From the NCBI GenBank assembly GCA_002245135.1, contig NGBS01000872.1:310001-374000 (forward strand): 64,000 nucleotides of DNA. The letters are read 5' to 3'. Positions 31,470 through 44,051 of the stretch are shown here, piece by piece. The position numbers and the translations under genes were made by a program. The notes beneath the pieces were generated by a model. It made no database searches. It was not told the DNA's origin and saw nothing but the letters and a program-made list of their open reading frames with translations. The stretch comes from Proteromonas lacertae (Eukaryota). The first letter of the stretch is position 1. Each line of letters begins with the position of its first letter.

Positions 31470-31553
31470 TCATTTTAATGTAATATTGGATGATTATTTT
31501 ATCATAAAGTAAAAAATACAGGATAAAATATGATGAAATATTAATTAGAATGA
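31470..31553 (+). promoter_or_regulatory. Eukaryotic type II SECIS element
   Basis: Core ATGAT (31490-31494) / TGAT (31531-31534). Helix II TATTTTATC/GATAAAATA is a perfect 9 bp. AAA lies 12 nt after ATGA. Apical mini-stem GTA/TAC around an A5 loop. Helix I TAATATT/AATATTA is extended by TCATTTTAAT/ATTAGAATGA. Confidence 0.85.
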
Positions 31554-31571
31554 TTTAATTTATGAATTCCT

Positions 31572-32808
31572 TTAATATTTTGCATGAAATGGTATTTTTG
31601 TTGCCCAAGCAATTGATTGATGATAAGGTGGAATTGGAGCACCTATATCTTTTGCAATATGCCTTGGATGGATTGAATTTCTAAATGTAGCTTTTCCACA
31701 TAATCTATTTCAATAAAATAACAACAATATACATTAAATCTGCTTCTCCTTTTTCAATTAACTTATTAGCCACTTTACCATTACAAATACCTCCAACAGC
31801 AGCAACTGCAACACCTCTTTCTTTGATAGTTTTTGCATATCTTAATTGTTCATCCCAATTCTTTGGTTTTACTTGTTCATAAATCAAACCACCAGCTGAA
31901 ACATCTATAATATCAACTCCATAGTTAGTATATAAATCTTTAGCTAATGCAGCTGCATCATTAATTGTAATACCACCTTCAGCATAATCACTGGCACTAA
32001 TACGAACAAATAATGGCATAGTATTTGGAATTACAATTCGAATGTTTGTACAAATCTCTCTCAAGAAACGAGTACGATTTTCAAATGAACCACCATAACC
32101 ATCAACTCTTTTATTGGACAATGGAGATAAAAACTGATGAATTAAAAAACCATGTCCTGCATGGATTTCAATAAAATCATATCCAATCGTCACTGCTGAT
32201 TGTGCTGCAACAACAAATTGTTGGATAATTTGTTGGATTTGAACTTCAGATAATTCTACTGGAGGTGGAAAACTATCATATGGAATTGGACTTGGAGCAA
32301 ATAATGGCCACTGAGTTGCTAATGGAGACATGACTTTATCACCTTCTGCATTTGTTGTTAATATAAATCCACCTTTTCTACCAGCATGATTTAACTATTT
32401 GATTTTATTGTTACTATATGTATATATATATACTTGAATTCCAAATAAACATCCTTCTAGATGTACATAATCTATTACTCTCTTTAACTCCGGAAATACA
32501 CTTTCATCATATATAATCAAATCGCTATTCAGAATTACATGTTATTTTATAATAATATACTTTGGAGTTGTTCTTCCTTCTGGACAAATTGCTGTAGATT
32601 CCTGTATTATGTATCCATACCCTTCCATTGCTAATCTACCGTAATGTACTAAATGAAAATCTTTTAAATGACCATTATCACTATCATACTATTATTCATT
32701 TATTATCATTTCTTTTCATACAGTACAGAGAGCTGATACTCCTAAACGATTTGGAAACTTTACACCTCTTATTAATATAGGAGTGAATAGATTATTCTTT
32801 TCTGGCAT
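31572..32808 (-). CDS. NADH:flavin oxidoreductase (Old Yellow Enzyme, YqjM/NamA-like), copy 1
   Basis: LFTPILIRGVKFPNRLGVSALC, HLVHYG, QLNHAGRK, IEIHAGHGFLIHQFLSPLSNKRVDGYGGSFENRTRF; several short introns. Confidence 0.9.
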
Positions 32809-33137
32809 GATTGAATATCTGCAGAAGAATTCGCCAAAATTTGTTCTGAGTAATAAATTATAAAATTGAGATATTAATAATCATTAAATCATTTAGTTAT
32901 TTGTTGTCTATTTAAATTGTACCATTTTCATCCTTCTTTTGACTAAGATATTTTTATTAAATAAAATCCTAAAAAGTATTTAGCAATATAATAAAGTATA
33001 GCATTTTTGGCTAATCTACAATTTACTACACCTCATCTATTTTTAAATAGCTTTGAAAAATAGAAAAAACAATATTTCAGAAATATATCCGTTTTATTTA
33101 GATTTAAAATTCTTTTTTTTTCTGTCATTAAAGTCAA

Positions 33138-34376
33138 ATGTCAAATATATTCACTCCATATAAGTTAAGAGGTTTAACTTTCCCAAACAGGTTGGGTATT
33201 CCTCCAATGTGTTTGGTATTATATAAAATTTGATTTATAGTATGAAGCCAAAGATGGTCATCCTACTGATTTTCATATTGTGAGATATGGTATTGGAATA
33301 AACATATATTTGAATAGGATCTTACGCTTTAGCAGGTTATGGATTTATGATTCAAGAAGCTACTGCTGTTTGTCCAAAAGGAAGAATTAGTTATAAGTAT
33401 AGTAAAATAAAATATTATTTTAGAGATCTTGGTTTATGGGATGATTTATTTATTCCAGATTATAAAAGAATAGTTGACTTTGTACATAATGAAGGGTGTA
33501 AAATAGGTATACAGATAGGTCATGCAGGAAGAAAAGGGTCAGAAGTCCCTCCTGGTAGTGATAAATCTAAACGTGATATTATTCCATCAAAATGAAGAAG
33601 GTGGTTGGGAATCAGTCGCTCCAAGTGCAATTGCATATGGTAGTTGGCCTACACCTCATGAATTAACAATTGAAGAGATAAAAGAGATAGTAAAACAATT
33701 CAAAGAAACAGCCGAAAGAGCAGTAAAATGTGGATATGATTTTATAGAAATTCATGGTGCTCATGGATATTTAATCAATGATTTCTTATCTCCATTAAGT
33801 AATCATCGTAAAGATGAATATGGTGTAGATAGAACGAAATTATTAAAAGATATTTGTGTAGAAGTGAGAAAAGTAATTCCAAAAGAAATGCCTTTATTTG
33901 TTCGATTAAGTTGTACCGATTATAAAGAAGGTGGAACTGTTTTAGACGATACATTGAAGTTAGTAAAAGAATTACATGAAATATATGAAGTAGATTTAAT
34001 AAATGCAAGTAGTGCTGGTTTAGTTGAAGATCAAAAAATCCCATCAAATTGGGATCATCAATTACCTTATGCTAAAGCTATTCATAAGATGGGAATTCCA
34101 AGTGCAGCAGTTGGTGGAATATGTGATGGTAAAATTGCGAATGATTTAATAGTGAATGATGAAGCTGATTTAGTGTTAATCGGAAGAGGAGTGTTAAGAG
34201 ATGCTTTCTTCCCAAGACATGTAGCTCAAGATTTAGGATTAGAAATACCTGCTTATCATGATAGTTATCGTTGGGCAGTAAGAAAACCTGACTATTCAAA
34301 TATTAAAAGACTTACAATATCTGATAATATTGTTTTAATTGTTATTTCTTTTGCATTTATTGGTTGGTATAAATAA
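33138..34376 (+). CDS. NADH:flavin oxidoreductase (OYE, YqjM/NamA-like), copy 2
   Basis: IFTPYKLRGLTFPNRLGIPPMC, IEIHGAHGYLINDFLSPLSNHRKDEYG, LIGRGVLRD. Extra T at 33593 relative to copy 3. The true stop may be 34304-34306. Confidence 0.9.
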
Positions 34377-35732
34377 TAATCGGAATTAGAAATTTCTATT
34401 ATAATATTTTGAATAATACCAATTATATCTATTCCATTATAACCTTTTAATATCTATTATGTCTAATAAAATCTTAAATCCTGTATTCCCAATTGGATTA
34501 ATAATATACAACCAAACAAACCATTCATATTACCAATGTATTGCATACTGAACAAATTACATCACATTTATCACTATTTGATTACAGGCTTTAAATGTTA
34601 AATCACCTCTTCTAAATGACGAACAACAATCAAACTATAACGAGTTGTTTTCATGACATTTTAATATCATTATTCTTTCATTTCATTGTATATTCGTTAC
34701 TTTCATAGTTCTAATCACATTTTATGCTGTAAAACAAATCATCATCAGTATTACATTTTTTCAGCTTTTTCTCAAATCTAAAATTAACATAACTGCTATA
34801 CTTTAGCATTATGTTGTAATATTGAGGATATTAAATCACTCACAAGAGTAAAGATATTTCTAAAAATAGAAAATGGTATAACGGAATATATATTTTATAT
34901 TAATTTACATTGTTAAATAGACAATTTATGACAAACATTCACGAGTTATAATTTATACCAACCAATAAATATAAGAGAATAGCAATTAAAACAATATTAT
35001 CAGATATTGTAAGTCTTTTAATATTTTGGAATAGTCAGGTTTTTTTACTGCCCAACGATAACTATCATGATAGCCAGGCATTTCTAATCCTAAATCTTGA
35101 GCTACATGTCTTGGGAAGAAAGCATCTCTTAACACTCCTCTTCCGATTAACACTAAATCAGCTTCATCATTCACTATTAAATCATTCGCAATTTTACCAT
35201 CACATATTCCACCAACTGCTGCACTTGGAATTCCCATCTTATGAATAACTTTAGCATAAGGTAATTGATGATCCCAATTTGATGGGATTTTTTGATCTTC
35301 AACTAAACCAGCACTACTTGCATTTATTAAATCTACTTCATATTTTTCATGTAATTCTTTTACTAACTTCAATGTATCGTCTAAAACAGTTCCACCTTCT
35401 TTATAATCGGTACAACTTAATCGAACAAATAAAGGCATTTCTTTTGGAATTACTTTTCTCACTTCTACACAAATATCTTTTAATAATTTCGTTCTATCTA
35501 CACCATATTCATCTTTACGATGATTACTTAATGGAGATAAGAAATCATTGATTAAATATCCATGAGCACCATGAATTTCTATAAAATCATATCCACATTT
35601 TACTGCTCTTTCGGCTGTTTCTTTGAATTGTTTTACTATCTCTTTTATCTCTTCAATTGTTAATTCATGAGGTGTAGGCCAACTACCATATGCAATTGCA
35701 CTTGGAGCGACTGATTCCCAACCACCTTCTTC
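33594..35732. repeat. Near-identical inverted repeat (~750-bp arms) formed by the 3' parts of OYE copies 2 and 3
   Basis: 33594-~34340 is the reverse complement of ~34986-35732 with only scattered mismatches; the spacer is about 600 bp. Confidence 0.9.
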
Positions 35733-36198
35733 TTTTGTAAGAATGTGATGATAATTAATGTAACCAAGACATTGTGATGCTTTTCTTCCTGCGTGAGCTA
35801 TTTGAACGCCTATTTTACACCCTTCATTATGAATTAAATCTACAAGTCTCTTATATTCTGGAATAAATAAATCATCCCATAAACCAAGATCTCTAATCAT
35901 ATTAATAAATAATTAACAATACCCTGGTGTAATCATTCCTACTTTACAAACGGCGGTAACTTCTTGGATTATAAAACCAAATCCTTTCAAAGCATAAGAT
36001 CCTAAAGATAATATAACAAATCCATTGTATACCGTAAAACAATAAGTGAGTATCGGTTGGATGACCATCTTTACCTTCCAACTATTAATCACAATAATCC
36101 TGTATTATTTATACTATATCCATTGGTGGAATACCTAATCTGTTAGGAAATGTCACTCCACGTAATTTAAAAGGTGAAAAAAGATTTGTGTCTGACAT
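34986..36198 (-). CDS. NADH:flavin oxidoreductase (OYE, YqjM/NamA-like), copy 3
   Basis: LFSPFKLRGVTFPNRLGIPPMD, QIAHAGRKAS, IEIHGAHGYL. ATG at 36198. The true stop may be 35018-35020. Confidence 0.9.
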
Positions 36199-36344
36199 AA
36201 TCTCAATTTATTAAAATCTATTTTGATTTTTTAATTATTTTGGTGAATGAGATAGATATTTGCATTATAAAATAACATTATCGTTGTTATATAGTAAAAA
36301 TAATACCAACCATAAAACAAAAATATTCAAAAAATACATACAAC

Positions 36345-37328
36345 TTAATTTTTCTTCATATCTGCTCTTCTGTTTTGTATCAAATCTTTACCATAACCAG
36401 ACCTAAATGTAGAACTCATTGCACCAGTACTTGGTTTAACCTCCTCACATTGTAAAATTAAGTGTGAATAACCATGTCCATCTAATCCTTTTATAGCTTC
36501 AACTGCTTCTGATCTATATAAATATAAATATAAAAATCAATAATCATACTTTCTAGAAAAACTAACAAAAGCAATTCCTCTTCTTTCTTTAGTTTCATTA
36601 TAAACAGGCACTCTAACTCTCTTAACAATACCAAATGGTCTAACCAATTCTCTAACATCATCTTCATTAGCTTCTGTAGTTAAATTAGATATTTTAATTG
36701 TAGGTAATTCATCCATTGTATAAGATGATGTATTTTCTTCTTTAACACCTGCTCTTTTACTAGGTGGTACATATGCTAAACTATTACTATTACCTTCAAC
36801 TTTTTTATCTTTATCTCCTTTTAATGATGATTTAATTGGACATTTTGAAGTCCAATGATTACCTCCACAGTTTCTGCAGGTTACTGATTTTCTTTCATCG
36901 AATATTGTTTGATCTTCTTCTTTTTCTACTCCGTTATCTATATATACATCTTCTACATGCGAATATGTAATGTTTTCTGTAGGGTTTTTAGCTCGTCCAA
37001 AAGGTTTCCATCTTTGTTGTCGTTCTGTTGCTGCTTTGCTCATTCTGTGTTTTCGTATTTCTATTTTTTCTTTTGATGTTATCTATATGAAAAATTACTT
37101 AGTTATTGTTGAGTTATACTTTTATTAGTTGATCTCCTTTTTTCTTATATTGTGTAATTGTAACAACTCCATTTTCATCAGGAGCACTAACAGTTTTATT
37201 TGGTATCTCGTCTATTCACAAATCAACATCTAAGCTATACCTTCATTATCCATATCTGCCCAATTCTCAGACTGTTTAGATGCATTTTGTTCTACTAATA
37301 CATCTTCATTGCCTCTCTTGGATGACAT
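36345..37328 (-). CDS. eIF3g: Translation initiation factor eIF3 subunit G
   Basis: N-terminal WAD motif, ERQQRWKPFG, Zn knuckle CRNCGGNHWTSKCP, YVPPS and a C-terminal RRM (IKISNL...RGIAFVSF...LDGHGYSHLIL). Confidence 0.9.
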
Positions 37329-37402
37329 AGAGCTTAGAATGCAAAATGAATAAATTATCAAGCCAAGCTTTTCTTTGAAATTTCTTCTTACTATATTTCG
37401 CT

Positions 37403-38564
37403 ATGTCTTATTTTTCTCAACAACCTAGTGTATTGCTATATATTTATTCCGCTAGAATATTCAGTTTTCGGTAAAAGCAGGAAGGACTGAATTCTTACCT
37501 TCTACAGATAACAAGGTTATAGTCAGATCTATACCAGTTAAAGGATTATTATATATTGCTACATCTGTAAGCTTGCATAATGTAATATATTTAGGAGAAA
37601 GATAAATCTATTTATAAATTAGCTTGGAGGAACCGTGAAACTCAGAAAATAGATTGGAGTATTCAAATGGTAAATGATCATAGATGTTATGCAGTATATT
37701 ATTTAGAATAATAAATAGGTTGAATCAGGTAATAAAGATGATCGTATCATATGCTATCAAACACCAGATAATCATTATGTGTTTTGGATTCAAGTATGAT
37801 TTGTTAAATTTATTTACTGAATATAGGATCCAAGTGCAAATGTAGCAGAAGTAGTGACATTAATAAGAGCTTTAATTAAAAAAGCAGTTGTATGAATAAT
37901 AATTATGCAATATTTTCTATTAAAATATAGAAAAAGATAGCTGCCAATGAAGTACAAAGAGCTTTAAGAGAATTAGGTGTAAAAGTACCACCACCACAAC
38001 CACAAGGTCAACAAAATAGCAATCCATTATTACAGCAAACAATACCAGGGTTAACAGGAAATGCAGCAGAATTATTCCAACAATCAGCAGAATATCGATA
38101 TGAAGCATTACAAAGAGAAATGCAAATGTCTGCTCCACCATTAACCTCAGTATTAACCAAAGAAAATGTATTAAATTGATTTTTATTTTTAATGTATGTA
38201 GATTTCACCATTATTAGAAGATTTTGATATATTAGCTAGATTATTACCCTTATTACCAGAAGGACAACAAACTAAAGAACAATTATTACAGCAACTAAGT
38301 TGTCCACAATTCAGACAGTGTTTAAATAAAATCACTTATGGATTAGATTATATTAGTTTTTATGCTTTCGTTGTATGATGATATATATTTATGTATTGAA
38401 TTAGACTCAATATGGATATGATGCTGAGCCAGGTACTGAAGCATTAGGAACATTAAATAGTATTTTAATTTACAATTTATTGTATACTAGTTACAAAAGC
38501 TTTAATTGATATTCTAAAAGAACAAGTAAAGAAGGAGAGGGTAGAAGAGGAAAAGAAGGATTAG
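37403..38564 (+). CDS. RPN13: Proteasome ubiquitin receptor Rpn13/ADRM1
   Basis: Pru domain (VKAGR...KGLLYI...WRNR...VFWIQDP) and a C-terminal UCH-binding region (LTSVLT...LLPLLPEG...LSCPQFRQ); many short introns. Confidence 0.75.
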
Positions 38565-38838
38565 AACAATAAGGTTTACAAGAATTCACAATATTATTTC
38601 TAAAAATATTTTTTTTTTTTTATTTCTAAGGCGTTTTTGAATTTATTTCAACACATTTGAAATAATTTAGTGTTAAAAATAAAAGTCATTCACACAAAAA
38701 ACAAATTTTAAAAAGCTTGGTGTTCGAAAATAAAACAATCGTTAAAGCCGTTTTTTTTAATTTTTATTTGTTGATTTAAAAGTATAGCTACTCTATTTTT
38801 CAATAATTGCAATATATTTATATCACTATAGATTTATT

Positions 38839-41800
38839 ATGGAGACTGTAGTATGTATTATTAAACCTAACATGATTGAAGAGGAATGGATTATTGATAA
38901 AGCTTTAAAACCTCAAAAGAAGAAGAAAGAAAAGAAACCAAAGGAAGAAGGAGAGGAAGATGAAGAACAAGAGCAAGAAGAAGAACAGGAAGAGGAAGAG
39001 GAAGAAGAACCAGAAGAGGAGGAACAAGAACCAGAAGAAGAGGAGGAAGAAGGTGATGTATATCTTATTTTTATTCAATATATCAAATAGATACCAAAAG
39101 ATCCAAAACCAAAAAAGAAGAAGATGTACAAAATGGCTGATGATATTAGTCAAGTTATTCTTAAAGACATAACAGATCATGGATTAACAATAGTAAAGAA
39201 GAACCTGATTACATTAAGTCTTGCTCAATCAGAATACATATTTAACCATTTTCAAGGCAATTACAGACAGCAGGTAATTGACCAAATGAGTAATAATATG
39301 TCAATGGCGTTATTAATCCAAGGAGAGAATGCAATTGAAAGAATCAACGAATTAGCTGGTGATTTTGATCCACATGTTGCTAGAAAGGTTGATATAGAGA
39401 AACATGGTAATGAAATATTAGAATGGACATGGAGAACCAGATGGGGAAGAAGCAGAGTTAATAATGTTGTTTATATAAGTCCAGACAAATACAATGTAAT
39501 GAGAGAAGAGAAAACAATTTTCCCACCAAAATTCAAATGGGAGAGAACTTATGCAATGATTAAACCAGATATTACAAAAATCAATAAAGAAGATGAGATA
39601 ATTAGCAGAATTGAGTCATTAGGTTTCATTATTGTCGCACAAAAGAAGGAGACATTAACAAGAGAAAAAGCAATGGAATTCTACAAAGAACACGAAGGAA
39701 AACCATTTTTCGAAACATTAGTGACATTCATGACATCAGGTCCAGTAGTCGCTTTAGCATTAGAGAAATTAGATTGTATCAGAGAATGGAGAATCGCAGC
39801 AGGTCCAACCAATACATTTAGAGCAAGAGAAGTAGCTCCAGGATCCTTAAGAGCATTATATGGTACAGATGGAACTCAAAATGCAGTACATGGTAGTGAC
39901 TGTATTGAAAGTGCAAATAGAGAGTTAACCTTCTGGTTCCCAGAGCCATTATTTGCAGAAAGAACATTAGCAATGATTAAGCCAAAAACATCTGATGAAT
40001 ATTGCAATGAAATTAAAGATATTATCAAAACTAATAATTTTGATATTATTGCTGAGAAGAGAGCAACTTTTACAAAAGAAATGGCTGAAGGATTTTATGA
40101 AATGCACAAAGGTAAACCATTTTTCAATAAATTAATTACTTACATGACATCTGGACCAGTATATGCAATGGTATTATCCAAACCAGCAGCTATTAGACAT
40201 TGGAGAATGTTATGTGGACCAACTAATAGTTTCCAAGCCAAAGAACATCAACCATGGACTATTAGAGCAATGTATGGTATTGATGGTACAAGAAACGCAG
40301 TTCATGGAAGTGATTGTATTGTGAATGCTGAGAGAGAAATAGGATTCTTCTTCCCTTACCTTTCAAAGTCTCCATTGTTTATGGGTAATAATGCAAAGAC
40401 TTATTTATTATCATTACCTTCATTATATAATGATCCAAAACCAAATCCTGAGACTTTACATGATTTATTGATTAAAGGTTTGACTCAGCTTGCTAAAGAT
40501 AAACCAGCAGGATTACAAGCAGTTCAATATTTAGGTGAATGGTTATTAAATAATAATCCAAACCAACCAACATTTAGATATATTCCTAAAGCACCATCTT
40601 CTAAGAGAATTACAGTTGTATTTATATTAGGAGGACCAGGTTCAGGTAAAGGTACACAATGTGAGAAAGTAGTAAAAGAATTCGAATTTACACATTTATC
40701 AACAGGTGATTTGTTAAGAGAAGAAGTAGAAAGTGGATCTAGTTTAGGTCAAAATATTGCTGCATTAATGAAAGAAGGTAAATTAGTACCAAATTCAATA
40801 GTCTTGAGTTTATTAAAGAAAGCTATTCATTCAGGTGTTTCTGATAAGTTCTTAATTGATGGATTCCCAAGAGAATTTGATCAAATTAAGCTATTCGAAA
40901 AAGAAGTTGGTCCTTATGCATTTGCTATCTACTTTGATTGTCCTGATTCAATCTTAACTGAAAGATGTTTAGAAAGAGGAAAATCAAGTGGAAGAGTAGA
41001 TGATAATGAAGAATCTATTAAAAAGAGAATAAAGATATTCCATCAACAATCTTTACCAGCTATAGATCACTTCAAACAAATTGGTAAATTACGTCGTATT
41101 GATGCTAATAAAGATATTGATGCAATCTATGAACAAACAAGAAAGCACTTTGTAACTATAATGAAGAATGATGGTGTGATGATTACTCCATTACCACCAT
41201 TATTACCAACAATAGTGTTTATATTAGGAGGACCAGGTTCAGGTAAAGGTACACAATGTGATAAATTAGTAAGGAATTATGGATTTACACATCTCTCCAC
41301 ATGGTGATTTATTAAGAGAAGAAGTAGCTAAAGGTAATAGTGAACATTCACAAGAGTTGAAAGAAATAATGGGTAAAGGCGATTTAGTTCCAACTAATAT
41401 TGTTTTAGATTTATTAAAGAATGCTATTGAAACTACTCAATCTGATAAGTTCCTAATTGATGGTTTCCCAAGAGATTTAGATCAAGCTTATTTATTTGAA
41501 AAACAAGTTGGTAAATGTAGTTATGTATTATATTATGATTGTCCAACTGAAATAATGACTCAAAGAATATTAGAAAGAGGAAAGACCAGTGGAAGAACTG
41601 ATGATAATGAAGAAACTGCATTAAGAAGAATGAGAGTATTTGAAGAACAAACAAAACCAGTTGTTAATTATTATCGTAAACTTGGTTTATTAAGAACAGT
41701 AGATGCATCTGGTTCACCTGGTGAAGTATATGATTGCTACTAGAAAATATGTAAATCCAACATTCGTATTAGCATTAGGAAGACCTGGCAGTGGTGTAAG

Positions 41801-44051
41801 TACCATTGTAGAGAAGTTAAGTAAACAATATAGTTATGAAATCTTAGATATTAATGAATTATTAAGAATAGAAGTCTCATTACAAAGTGATATTGGTAGA
41901 GATATTGATGAATTCTTAAGAGATCATAGAATTATATCTGTTTCTATGTTAATTAATGTTGTAAGAAGTGCTATTGCTAGAACTAATAATGATCATTTCA
42001 TATTAATGAACTTCCCAAGAACAAAAGAACAAATGGCTGCTTTTGAAGAAGAATATGGAATGGTTGATTTCATAGTAGAAGTAAGTTGTCCAAGTGATAT
42101 ATGTGAGAAGAGATTGAAATTAAGAGCAGGTGCACAAGATGGTCCAGGTCAAATAAAGAATAGATTATTATACTATGAAAACTATATTGAACCATTATTA
42201 CAATCATATAGAAAGATAGGTGTTGTACAGAAAGTAAGAGGAGAATTAACAATGGAACAAAGTTATGCAGATGCACAGAATATCTTCCAAAAAGAAGTGA
42301 TTTCAATTGCCAATATATCTGAAGATGAAGTTAATTTAGATGAAATCGATTCATTCTGTAGTCAATATGGTTATACAGTTATTCATTCAATTGATGAATT
42401 AGTAGATGCTAGTGTAATGAGAGGTACAAAATATGGTCAAGAAGTCTCACAATTATTAGCAAATCAACAAATTATACCCAATAGTTTAATATGTAATATA
42501 TTACATGAATATTTAATACACACAAGAGATAGAAGATTCATTATTATTAATTACCCAAATACTAAGGATCAAGCTATAGAATATGATAATATAATTGGAC
42601 CATTAGAGAAATGGATTTATGTATCTAAAGATTATGTATCACCTGATTCAATATCAACATTACCTTATTCATATGAAAGTATTGATGAACATATTAGAGA
42701 ATTGACCCATTACTATGAACCAAGTGGCAGAGTAAGAATCTGTCCATTTAGAAATGGTAATTTAGTGGAAGGATTAAAGGAACATATAGAAAGAACATTG
42801 ATGTGTGTTATTAATGAACCATTCTGTGATACAACTGATATTATAAGTAAATATGCTAAGGCATATAATTACCATATTATTAATAAAGTAGATTTATTAG
42901 AAGGTGAAAGTGAAAGAGATGTTGATTTCAAAGAAGAATATGAGAAATATAAACAAGGTGATCATGTTTTACCACAAAAGGCTATTATTAACTTAATACA
43001 AAGATTAATGTATATATCTCATGATAAGAGATATGTGATTAATGAATTCCCCAATACTGATTTAGAATATGAAAGTATTCCAGAAATATACAACCATGAA
43101 TATATCAAAGCGATGATGCAAGAAGATGCATTGATTAAACATATAAAGAAATCATTAAAACCAAAGAGAAAGGTAAATGAAGATGGTGAGGAAGAAGAAG
43201 GAGATGAAGAAGAGCCAGAAGAAGAGGAGGAAGAAGAACCTGAACCAGAACCAGAGAATGAAGGCGAAGAAGGTGAAGAACCTGAGGAAGAATTAGATGA
43301 AGATGGAAATCCAATTCCAAAACCACCAAAGAAGAAGAAGATTCCAGCTAATGTAGAGAAAGTATTAAATGAATTCAATGATAAATACAGCATATTGTAT
43401 AATAAAATAAAAGAAAATGAAAGATTCTATAAAGAAGTTGATTTGAATAATGAGAGAAGTTTGACTGGTATTATTGATGAAATGAAACCAGAAATTAATT
43501 TATTAATAAGTCCAGTTGGATGTTTAAAGACTGAAGTTTGTACTATGTTAACATTACAGAAAGGATATGAATATATAAAAGTGACAAATATATTACAAGA
43601 AGCAAGTGAGATTGATGATGAACAAGGAATGGTTATAAGAGAATGTTTTAGTAAACGAAAGACTGTACCAATTGTAATAACATTGAATATATTAAGAAAA
43701 GCAATTCTAAGAAGTGAATTCCATAAATTTATAATTGATGGTTATCCAAGAACTGTAAGTGATGGTACACCAACTGTACATGAACAAGTAGAAGCTTTAG
43801 AGAAAGAAATTGGTAAAATAAATATTGTATTCTCATTCAGTGCTGATAAAACAAAGAGACAAACAAGAATGGAAGAATTAACACCAGCTCAATTTGCTGC
43901 TAAAGAAGAGATTTATGAGAGAGAGAAATTCCCAGTTGTTAGTTATTTCAAGAATTTAGATAGTGAAGTACCAGCTTTGATATTAAGTGACTGTAACGAA
44001 GGAAGTGATTCAATTTATCAAGACATTGAAGGTTATTTTGTTGGTTTTTAA
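38839..44051 (+). CDS. ~1,720-aa fusion: three NDK-like domains, a Dpy-30-like motif and multiple adenylate/UMP-CMP kinase domains
   Basis: ERTYAMIKPD...NAVHGSD twice plus one degenerate NDK; LIKGLTQLAKDKPAGLQAVQYLGEWLL; FILGGPGSGKGTQC...HLSTGDLLR...FLIDGFPR twice, then degenerate AK repeats. One intron (~39058-39090) and extra T at 41302 and ~41735. Confidence 0.85.

Noticed and set aside
34307..34376. C-terminal membrane anchor on OYE copy 2
   Set aside because: Comparison with copies 1 and 3 suggests the real stop is at 34304-34306 and the tail results from a one-base deletion; the corresponding region of copy 3 does not keep the frame.
34380..34950. Spacer between the OYE arms as a gene or mobile element
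   Set aside because: Only a short LRR-like remnant is visible (NPIGNTGFKILL on the minus strand, ~34465-34500), with many stops. There is no transposase or terminal repeat; at most it is a decayed pseudogene.
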